From assembly GCF_900232105.1 (NCBI RefSeq), contig NZ_LT934425.1, positions 2,250,001 through 2,282,000 of the forward strand: DNA of 32,000 bases, read 5' to 3'. The notes under the pieces were generated by a model. That model was not told the DNA's origin. It was given only the letters and a program-made list of their open reading frames with translations, and ran no database searches. The translations under genes were made by a program, and so were the position numbers. This DNA comes from Candidatus Kuenenia stuttgartensis (GTDB taxonomy: Bacteria > Planctomycetota > Brocadiia > Brocadiales > Brocadiaceae). Positions 20,063 to 28,197 of this stretch are shown piece after piece (within the stretch, counting starts at the first letter, position 1; each line of letters begins with the position of its first letter).

Positions 20063-21202
20063 CTATTTGCAGGGGAGTGAGATAATAAATTTTGTCCCCT
20101 TGTCTGTATTGTTATCAAGGCGTATCGTGCCGTTATGTGCGGAAATTATGTCCTTACAAATTGACAAACCAAGACCGGTGCCTTTTCCCTGTTCTTTTGT
20201 GGTGAAAAATGGTTCGAAAATACGTTTATGATATTTTTCGGGGATGCCTGTACCATTATCTTCAAATACAATTTCCACGGATTTTTCTGCATTGTTCATC
20301 CTCGTTTTGATAAACAGGTCTCCGCCATTGGGTAAGGCGTCCACTGAATTATTTACAAGGTTTAAAATAACCTGTTGGATTTGATTTCCTTCTACCAATA
20401 AAGGGGGCAACTGTTTGTCAAATGCCCTGCGGATGTTTATTTTATGGATTTTTAAACGATGTTCCACCAGCGCCAGGATAGTAGTTATTAACGTATTTAT
20501 ATGATATTCCTTTTTCTCACTATCGGACTTTCTGGAAAAAATTAATAGATTTCGTGTTGCCTTCTGGCACCTGGCGATTTGGTCGGAGATGGTTTTGATT
20601 TTGCCGAGAGCTTTTTCATCATGAACTTCCTCCAATAACAACTCACAATACCCGGAGATGGTAGCAAGGGGTGTATCTAGTTCATGAGCTAGGCTGGAGG
20701 CGAGGAGTCCTATTGAAGCCATTTTTTCCGCCTGCAAAAGCTGGTTTTGCAGAGATTTGAGTTCTTCGTACGCATGACGAAGTTCGCGTATTCTTTTGCC
20801 CAATTCCAAACGCTGTTCTTCCCGTTCTTTTTCCAGCATTTTTTTTTCGGTGATATCCATAAAGATTTCTACCGCAAATTCAACCTGGCCATGTTTGTTT
20901 GGTATTGGGAATACAAAATGTTCAATGCAGCGATTTTTTCCGGCAGCGTTGTTCTCCCAGTTTATCCTTTGGTGGGGTTTGCCGTCTTCAAAGACTTTTG
21001 GAGTTACGCAATTCTCACAGAGTGCATTTTTGTTCCATAATTGTTCATAACATTTTTTCCCGACAATGGATTGGCGTGTTTTCCGGAGTTTCTTTGTTAC
21101 CGCGTCGTTGACAAACAATATATTGTACTCTTTGTCGATTATATTGATATATGCGCGAATACCATCAATGGCTGCTTGTAGAAAATTCCCGGATACTTCC
21201 AA
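20063..21202 (-). CDS. PAS-domain sensor histidine kinase
   Basis: N-terminal PAS with YINIIDKEYNILFVND, H-box LASSLAHELDTPLATISGY, N-box QVILNLVNNSVDAL, G-boxes EDNGTGIP and GKGTGLGLSICK. Confidence 0.93.
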   Translation of the reverse strand: MEVSGNFLQAAIDGIRAYINIIDKEYNILFVNDAVTKKLRKTRQSIVGKKCYEQLWNKNALCENCVTPKVFEDGKPHQRINWENNAAGKNRCIEHFVFPIPNKHGQVEFAVEIFMDITEKKMLEKEREEQRLELGKRIRELRHAYEELKSLQNQLLQAEKMASIGLLASSLAHELDTPLATISGYCELLLEEVHDEKALGKIKTISDQIARCQKATRNLLIFSRKSDSEKKEYHINTLITTILALVEHRLKIHKINIRRAFDKQLPPLLVEGNQIQQVILNLVNNSVDALPNGGDLFIKTRMNNAEKSVEIVFEDNGTGIPEKYHKRIFEPFFTTKEQGKGTGLGLSICKDIISAHNGTIRLDNNTDKGTKFIISLPCK

Positions 21203-21306
21203 CTTTATTTCCTCCAGACATTAGAAAGGTTCGCATCGGAGTTAAGGTAGAGAAGCACGGTCGTGCGTCTCTACATTTTGGTATGGAAAAAGGGCGCCGG
21301 GGTGGA

Positions 21307-21876
21307 TTAACAACGTGGCTTCGCCAGGATTTCAAGTACTTTTACATCGAGGAACCTCTTTGAGGCGGCAGATTTTATTATACATACGGTATCTGCGCCC
21401 CTTATTGTGCCGGCAACCGCAACCACTTCTTCCCGTTCGGGGATGAGTCCCGCATCGCATGCCTCCATAACAATTTCGCAGCAAACCTTTAATCCTTCGC
21501 CCAGTCTTCGTAACGATTGTGCAACGATCATCGCCGGATAAAGTCCGTTAAATTTTTGCGAAAAAGCGGTTTCTATTGAGTGTGTAAGGATGGTGCCTGT
21601 GTAGATTTTGCCTCCCAGGGCTACGATTTGATCCCGGTTTTCAGGAAGCAATTCCTGATGATTGGGTTCCTGAAAACCGGCTGAATGAGTTACAACTACA
21701 AGGTTTACCTCTTTACCGTGCAGTTTCTTTGCCATTGCAACGCCAGTCTCACCGACGGAAGTGGCAACAACAACGTGTTTATATCCTTCAGAGACAGATG
21801 ATGCGGCTATTTCTATGCATTCCTCTGTATTTTCTCTTCCCGGTTTTTCAAAATAGAAGATGTTCTTTTTCAACAT
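21307..21876 (-). CDS. Stand-alone pyruvate kinase C-terminal-domain-like protein
   Basis: KHVVVATSVGETGVAMAKKLHGKEVNLVVVTHSAGF resembles the pyruvate kinase alpha/beta domain. Confidence 0.7.
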   Translation of the reverse strand: MLKKNIFYFEKPGRENTEECIEIAASSVSEGYKHVVVATSVGETGVAMAKKLHGKEVNLVVVTHSAGFQEPNHQELLPENRDQIVALGGKIYTGTILTHSIETAFSQKFNGLYPAMIVAQSLRRLGEGLKVCCEIVMEACDAGLIPEREEVVAVAGTIRGADTVCIIKSAASKRFLDVKVLEILAKPRC

Positions 21877-21877
21877 G

Positions 21878-22687
21878 TTAAGTGTTTATTTGGCAGAATT
21901 CTTCATAATCGATAAGTTCCTTGATCGTAGCTTTATCGCTGCATACCGGGCAATTGGGATTTTTCCGGACATTCACCTTTTTGAATTCCATGTTTAAGGA
22001 ATCATATATTAGTAGCTTGCCTTTTAATAACTGTCCTTTTCCCAGAATGAGTTTGATTGCTTCTGTCGCCTGGAGGGTGCCAATGACGCCTGCCAATATC
22101 CCCAATACTCCAGCTTCTTTGCAAGAAGGCACTAAGCCCGGAGGCGGTGGCTCTTCATAAAGACAGCGGTAACAAGGCCCGTCAAATGGCAGAATGGTGG
22201 TTACTTGTCCTTCAAAGCGGAAAATGGAGCCGTGCGAAAGCGGTTTTCTGAGAAAAACGCAGGCATCGTTCACGAGATATCTGGTGGGAAAGTTATCGGC
22301 GCCGTCAAGTATTACGTCATAATCTTTAATAATATCAAGGATATTGCCGGAAGTTAACCGTTCGGTATAAGGAATGACTTCTACATCGGGATTTAATGCC
22401 TCAAGGGTCTCTTTCGCCGAAATAGCCTTGGAGCGCCCGACGTCTTTTGCAGAATGTAATATCTGGCGTTGCAGGTTTGAATAATCAACACAATCACCAT
22501 CGGCAATTCCGATTTTTCCAACGCCGGCGGCGGCAAGATAAAATGCGGCAGGAGAGCCAAGGCCGCCCGCACCTACCAGAAACACCCTGGCATTCAATAA
22601 CTTCTGCTGGCCTTTGCCTCCGACTTCGGGGAGAATAATGTGACGGGAATATCGTTCTATTTGTTCTTCAGTAAATGATAATGACAT
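21878..22687 (-). CDS. HesA/MoeB/ThiF-family adenylyltransferase (MoeB-like E1)
   Basis: RYSRHIILPEVGGKGQQKLLNARVFLVGAGGLGSPAAFYLAAAGVG, DYSNLQRQILH, zinc-type CYRC and CPVC motifs. Confidence 0.9.
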   Translation of the reverse strand: MSLSFTEEQIERYSRHIILPEVGGKGQQKLLNARVFLVGAGGLGSPAAFYLAAAGVGKIGIADGDCVDYSNLQRQILHSAKDVGRSKAISAKETLEALNPDVEVIPYTERLTSGNILDIIKDYDVILDGADNFPTRYLVNDACVFLRKPLSHGSIFRFEGQVTTILPFDGPCYRCLYEEPPPPGLVPSCKEAGVLGILAGVIGTLQATEAIKLILGKGQLLKGKLLIYDSLNMEFKKVNVRKNPNCPVCSDKATIKELIDYEEFCQINT

Positions 22688-22948
22688 GCTTTTTTCCTAA
22701 CCTATTTGCCAAGTTGTTAATTATCTGTAGAAAAAAGGCCATGTACCATAACATGGCCCGCTTTGTATCCACTGAGCTTTACAAGGCTTAAATATCTTTT
22801 GAGAAAAAATGATAACAAATGCTATTGAGCAAATCAATACATTTTAGAGAACGTGCATTTTGCGTAACATCTCAATAAATTGAGGTTTTTATAATAATTT
22901 CCACAATCCACAATCTGCCAACTGCCAACTGCTGGCAAGCGAAAGCCA

Positions 22949-23852
22949 TTAAATAGAGACAACGTTTATTTTTGAGAGATCATCTGTTCCCAATCCGGGC
23001 ATGGCAGCAGTGGAGATATATTTTGGCTCCCTGCGAGCTTGCTGTAAAGAGGGAAGTTTCATCTTTTTTCTCTGAGCTTCGATAATAGTATGGCATATCC
23101 TGTCGAAAGCGACAGGGTCCCTTCCTACAATAATGCCGTTGTAATTCCATGTCCATTGAGGCTTGTAACCGGGGGCCTCCGTTGTATTGCGCCAGTATGA
23201 CGTCACAAACAATAAACCTGACCTTGTTTACGATATAGGGATGGCTGTTCAGTTCTGCAATATAGGGATTGCAATTGTTGGTGTGGTATTTGTTCGGATT
23301 GTGCATTGCTCCAAAAAAATTCTTCATGGCAACGCTAATGCCTGCCAGGGCATGGTCTTTCAGGACGAGAACGTTAATGATGGCGGTACACATTTTAGAG
23401 ACTATTTTGTTGAAACATGTTCCCACTCTTCCGGCTATCTGGGGTTCGGAGTCGTAACCGCCCTGCGGTAATTCGTCAGTACCAAAACATTGCACGCCTT
23501 TGGTTGCACGCCTCACCCGAAACCCTGCCGCTTCAAGTTCCCTGTTATACCGTTCAAATACAATGATGTTTACATCCTTCACTCCGGCAAATTTGAGTCT
23601 ATGGAAAATGGCATCTACTATTGCTACATGCGACGACATAATACGGCCGAAAGGACAGTTTAGTTTGATGCCTACAATATCGTATGGACGAAAAAGCCTC
23701 TGCCATGCATGCTCTTTTGAGGCAGAGCCTGCCAGCTGCATAACTGCTGTATGCAGGAGATTTGTTATTTTTGATTCTTTTACGTTTCCATTGTCAGCAA
23801 CAACGGCATCATCCCGCCCGATAACTACATCGGGAAGAACTGCAGGTTGCAT
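22949..23852 (-). pseudogene. DUF362-like protein, frameshifted
   Basis: The two track ORFs 22980..23852 and 22949..23212 join at a G5/C5 run (23171-23175) to give AQYNGGP|GYKPQWTWNYNGIIVGRDPVAFDR. Confidence 0.7.
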
Positions 23853-24037
23853 ATCATTTCCATGGGCAAAGTGTGCTGAACAATGTTTCAGGTATTTTGC
23901 CAGGATTGAAGTGGCGCAAAACCTCCTTCCATTAGCAATGCTTTTTTAAGAAATAATCTTCTTTCAATGCTTTTTACAGACATTTTACTTTCCCTTAAAT
24001 AATTTTCAGGTAATATTCATACTTATGACAATTTATA

Positions 24038-24059
24038 GCAAATGCTTCGCCCCTATACT
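24038..24059 (+). repeat. Partial copy of the GTAGGGGCGAAG-type repeat (right arm)
   Basis: GCAAATGCTTCGCCCCTATAC. Confidence 0.6.
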
Positions 24060-24084
24060 AAATATTGTACTAAACATAGCGATA

Positions 24085-25755
24085 ATGGCATACATAAAAA
24101 GAACCCCCTTTTCCCTTTCACTTCTCGTCCTCTTATTCGTCGGCATTGGCTGCACGACCGTTAAGTATTATCCGTCAAACTTTGTAGAATCACTGAAGCA
24201 TCCCACTAAATTCCCGGATATTTTCGATTTTAGTGTGCAAAATATTGAGGATGTCGTGGAAAAGAACCCTCTTCTGGAAGGTGAAGATGTAAAAATTACC
24301 GATGTTGGTGAGAATAGAAATTCCAGCATGCATGTGCTTCAATTGCGTGAAAATACCGAATATTCCTCACATTACCACAAACGCCATGATGAAGTTATTT
24401 ATGTGAAAAAGGGCAACGCTATTGCGATACTTGACGGTACGAGATACATGGTAAAATCGGGGTCCATTTTGCAGATTCCCAGCAAAACGGTACACAAATT
24501 TGTGAATACCGGCGATGAAGCATTTATGGCTATTTCAATTTTTTCTCCGCCTTTTGATGGTAGGGATCAGAAATTTACACAAAAAGAGAAAAAGACAGAC
24601 CGGGGGGCAAAAGAAGAAAAACGGCTTGCAGGTGTTACTGCAAAGAAAATAAAGGAAGAAGTTGAAGTCTCATCAGAGGAAGGCACAGAGAAAGAAATTA
24701 TCGAAGAAACGGAGAAAGTTGCGACAGCAGAGGAAGGTATGAAAGAAAAAGCTGCTTTGCCCTTGTCCGATGTTCGGGATTTTCAAACAAAAAAAGAAGG
24801 TACTGCTTCATACGATTATCTAACGTTAAAAGAGAGGGGTAAAAAAAAGGCAAAAAATGCAGAGTCTGTTGAGCCTCCAGAAGTGGACATCGTAAGTTTG
24901 CATGAAAAACTTACCCGCCTTTTGAAGTTAAAAGAAGAAGGGATTATCTCCGCCGATGAATATGAAAAAAAGAAAGATGCACTGATCATGGGTGGAGAGA
25001 AATATACCTTTGCAGAACCAGAGAATTTGCCGAAAAGAGACTTGCCCCAAAAAGACGCTGCGCTCTTAAAAAAGGTTGATGAATATGCACAACTACCGGA
25101 AGATACATACCGTTTACCCAATGCACCATTAGATAAGCATACCGATATTGAAGAGACCTATTATAAGGAAGAGCCGTATACGCAACCGGGAGGGGAACAA
25201 CGACAGGGAGGGGAGGGTTATGAGGGAACTTCAGCGATTGAGACATTGCCAACGGATCATAAGTTAAGGCTATTGCATGAAATGCTATCGGAAGGCCTGA
25301 TTTCAGCAGAAGATTTTGAAATAAAAAAGAGGGAGTTGGTACTTAAAACAGAAGAAAAGACCTTTCCGATTCCTCCTCCACCAGGCGCTGACAGAGAAGA
25401 AAAGCTTAGCGCCCTTAAAGAATTATATAAAGAGGGGTTGATAACGGAGGAAGATTACCGGCATAAGTATAATGAATTAAGCGTGAAAGAGGAATCAGGG
25501 TCTTTTGCCTTTGATGAGAACCCCTATAATGAAAAAGTAAGCGAGCTGGAAGGGTTATATAATGACAGGCTTATTACAGAAGAAGATTACCGGTTCAAAT
25601 ACAAGGAATTAACAGGTAGGGATGTTTTTACCTCTGATATTATTGATAAAGATGTTAACAATGAAAAATTATCAGAACTTCGTGAATTGATGGAACAAGG
25701 AATCATTACCAAAGAAGACTATGAAGCCAAAAAAGCCCAATTGACAAGCAATTGA
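24085..25755 (+). CDS. Lipoprotein with cupin domain and about five C-terminal SHOCT-like repeats
   Basis: Lipobox VGIGC. Cupin: SSHYHKRHDEVIYVKKGNAIAILDG...VKSGSILQIPSKTVHKFVN. Five copies of the L..L...G.I...[DE][FY]..K...L pattern. Confidence 0.85.
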   Translation: MAYIKRTPFSLSLLVLLFVGIGCTTVKYYPSNFVESLKHPTKFPDIFDFSVQNIEDVVEKNPLLEGEDVKITDVGENRNSSMHVLQLRENTEYSSHYHKRHDEVIYVKKGNAIAILDGTRYMVKSGSILQIPSKTVHKFVNTGDEAFMAISIFSPPFDGRDQKFTQKEKKTDRGAKEEKRLAGVTAKKIKEEVEVSSEEGTEKEIIEETEKVATAEEGMKEKAALPLSDVRDFQTKKEGTASYDYLTLKERGKKKAKNAESVEPPEVDIVSLHEKLTRLLKLKEEGIISADEYEKKKDALIMGGEKYTFAEPENLPKRDLPQKDAALLKKVDEYAQLPEDTYRLPNAPLDKHTDIEETYYKEEPYTQPGGEQRQGGEGYEGTSAIETLPTDHKLRLLHEMLSEGLISAEDFEIKKRELVLKTEEKTFPIPPPPGADREEKLSALKELYKEGLITEEDYRHKYNELSVKEESGSFAFDENPYNEKVSELEGLYNDRLITEEDYRFKYKELTGRDVFTSDIIDKDVNNEKLSELRELMEQGIITKEDYEAKKAQLTSN

Positions 25756-25970
25756 CCATATTTTACCCATCGACGCGCCTCTTATCCCGCAAACGCACCA
25801 ATGAGCGTTCCCACTCATGGCTTGTTCAAGTTTGCAACTTGAACCTCACGTTTTATATTGTTCCTGCCTGCTGGCAGGGGGATTTTGTCATTAAATATAG
25901 TCAAACAAGTCAGGTTTTTGAAACTTAAACCGGCAAATGCAGGCGATTCGCACTACATTTTTAGAAAATC

Positions 25971-26264
25971 AGAAGCTTTGTAACACTTTAGTTTTTTGAA
26001 AAATTCCCGGGATAGGAAAAATACCATGTAGCCCCGTCAGGGGCGGTCTGTTTGTAGCGCAATAAAATTCAATAAGGTAAATAGCTCCGTAGGAGCGGCC
26101 TGTCCATATTCAGGCAGACCTGTTTAATATGGATTTACAAGAGACAGGTCGCTCCTAACGGAGCTAATATCTGTTATAATATCCTATTTTGCTACAAACA
26201 GGCTGCTCCTACGGAGCTTATAGGTAATACGTTTTTCAAAAGACTAAAATGTTACGAAGCTTTT
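25971..26264. mobile_element. MITE-like foldback element bounded by copies D (reverse) and E (forward)
   Basis: Termini AGAAGCTTTGTAACACTTTAGTTTTTTGAAAAA and TTTTTCAAAAGACTAAAATGTTACGAAGCTTTT. Internal long imperfect inverted repeat around TTTGTAGC...TAGCTCCGTAGGAGCGGCCTGT. Confidence 0.7.
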
Positions 26265-26422
26265 GGCTATACATATCGCAGCAAAGCCGTAACCAAAAAG
26301 GATTTAACCACAAAGGGCCTAGCGCGGCCTTTGGCCGCAACCAAAAAGGTGATTTTTAGTTTATTATAAAGTATAGTAGTATCCTCGTAAATAGTAATCA
26401 GACAATTTGGAGGACACTACTT

Positions 26423-27979
26423 ATGAATAAGTTGATGGAATTATATCGAGACAGGATCGTGGGTGCAATAAGCGGTCTGGACAGGATTCGTTTTCGCGGG
26501 ACATTGCGGTGGTTGGCCAGTGAGCGTGGGATGGGAACATTCATGAACCAAGCGAGAATTCTGCTTAAGGATTTTTCCGGTTGGGTCAATGGGCTTACGG
26601 CACAGGTGCGAGACAGTTGTGAATCGCGGGCGAAAGATTTGGGTATCGAGGTGCGGTATTTGATGAGCAGCGGTGTTGATAAGGAGAAGTTGGCTCGCCA
26701 GATCGCGGCGGATAAGAGGATTACGGAAGGTTCCATCTGCCTGTTGAGTGTGGTAGAGCCTTGTATTGCGCCGATGGTCAAGGGCAACAAGGCCAGCAAG
26801 AAGCTCGAGTTGGTAATGGCGCCCCGCAAGTGTGTCTTTGTGTATCATTATTTTAATGATCCAGTGTTTGGTTTTGGTCATGTTCGTATCCAGAGTTGGG
26901 CGCCGTTTAATATTTTCATTTGTCTCAATGGTCGTCATTGGCTGGAGCGGCAACTTCAGAAGCAAGGTATTGATTATGTTAAGGACGGCAACTGTTTTGT
27001 GCGTATAGAGGATATTGCGGCTGCGCAGGTTCTGCTCCATGAGCAGCTTAAGACTGACTGGGCGAAGCTGCTGAACGGGCTTGCGTTGGGCAGTTGCCCG
27101 GCATTGTCGCAGATTCTTCGTCCGTTGGAACCGGAGTATTACTGGTCTGCGGATGAGACGGAGTGGGCGACGGACATCATGTTTAAATCGGTTGAGGCAT
27201 TGGAGGAGTTGTTTCCATCGTTTGTTCATCATGCGATGCGGGTTTGCGACAGTTCTTCGGTGATGAAGTATTTGGGTAGGCGTAACCTTGCAGGCGCTGC
27301 CCCTGATGAGGTTATCAGCGACTATCGAAGACGCTATGAAGGTATACGGGTCAAGCACAGTGTGAATTATAATTCAGTGAAGATGTATAACAAGAGCGGT
27401 AGTCTCTTGCGTATTGAGACAACGATCAATAATACGCGGGACTTTAAGGTCTTTCGGAGTCCCAATGATGATGAAGGCAAACCGGCGTCATGGCAGAAGA
27501 TGCGTAAGGGCGTAAGCGATCTTCATCGACGGTGTGAGGTGAGCCAACAATGCAATGATCGTTATGGGGATGCTTTGGCGGCGGCTCAGGTAGAGGAGAA
27601 ACTGAAAGAAGTGGTGAGCAGCGCTTGTAACAAGGTTGTCAAAGAGGGCAAGAGGTATCGAGGTTTGAATCCCTGGCAGCAGGATGATTACCAGATGCTG
27701 ATGTTCCTGTCCAAAGGCGAAAACGCGATAAATGGATTCCGCAACCATGATTTGCGTAAGTGGCTTTACCGGGAATCCGAACAATCCGGCAAGGATCAGC
27801 AAAAGAAATATTCCGGACGAACGACCCGACGGATAAAGATGCTGCGGGCACACGGTCTAATCCGCAAAGTTCCGAGGGCCAACCGCTATGTTTTGACGGA
27901 GAAAGGCCAGAAGTTCTCTTGTTCACTGATGACCGCTTCAGCCCTTGATATTAAAGCACTTACGGAAATGGCGGCATGA
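26423..27979 (+). CDS. 518-aa protein of unknown function, mobile-element-like, with C-terminal winged-helix-like region
   Basis: GGAGGA ribosome-binding site. DRIRFRGTLRWL and SVKMYNKSGSLLRIETTINNTRDFKVFR motifs. C-terminus FRNHDLRKWLYRESEQ...RRIKMLRAHGLIRKVPRANRYVLTEKG looks like wHTH. Flanked by 24-bp inverted repeats. Confidence 0.7.
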   Translation: MNKLMELYRDRIVGAISGLDRIRFRGTLRWLASERGMGTFMNQARILLKDFSGWVNGLTAQVRDSCESRAKDLGIEVRYLMSSGVDKEKLARQIAADKRITEGSICLLSVVEPCIAPMVKGNKASKKLELVMAPRKCVFVYHYFNDPVFGFGHVRIQSWAPFNIFICLNGRHWLERQLQKQGIDYVKDGNCFVRIEDIAAAQVLLHEQLKTDWAKLLNGLALGSCPALSQILRPLEPEYYWSADETEWATDIMFKSVEALEELFPSFVHHAMRVCDSSSVMKYLGRRNLAGAAPDEVISDYRRRYEGIRVKHSVNYNSVKMYNKSGSLLRIETTINNTRDFKVFRSPNDDEGKPASWQKMRKGVSDLHRRCEVSQQCNDRYGDALAAAQVEEKLKEVVSSACNKVVKEGKRYRGLNPWQQDDYQMLMFLSKGENAINGFRNHDLRKWLYRESEQSGKDQQKKYSGRTTRRIKMLRAHGLIRKVPRANRYVLTEKGQKFSCSLMTASALDIKALTEMAA

Positions 27980-28044
27980 AAAACACGCATAAAAAACAAG
28001 AAATTGATGGATAGTAGTACAAAGAAAAACTTACGAAAAAAAAG

Positions 28045-28197
28045 GTAACAATTTAGTCTTTTGAAAAATTCCAATAATAGCGATGTTTGCCGCATAATGT
28101 AGGGGCGAAGCATTTGCTGTAAATTGTCATAAATACATTCATACCCAAACGGGCAAATGCTTCGCCCCTGGTTTTTCAAAAAACTAAAGCGTTACAA
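28045..28197. mobile_element. Small foldback element bounded by copies F (reverse) and G (forward)
   Basis: Ends GTAACAATTTAGTCTTTTGAAAAA and TTTTTCAAAAAACTAAAGCGTTAC; inner arms GTAGGGGCGAAGCATTTGC and GCAAATGCTTCGCCCCTGG. Confidence 0.75.

Noticed and set aside
25824-25844. GTTCAAGTTTGCAACTTGAAC hairpin as a terminator after the SHOCT protein
   Set aside because: Perfect 9-bp stem, but the stem is AT-rich and followed by CTCACG rather than a T-run. Left unassigned.
26441-27358. 305-aa ORF on the minus strand inside the 518-aa gene
   Set aside because: Antisense shadow ORF with no recognisable domain or ribosome-binding site. The plus-strand ORF has a better RBS and patterned motifs.
13174-28197. 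CRISPR-like array of 24-bp repeats
   Set aside because: Copies are kilobases apart, in mixed orientation, diverged, and have no regular spacers or cas genes.
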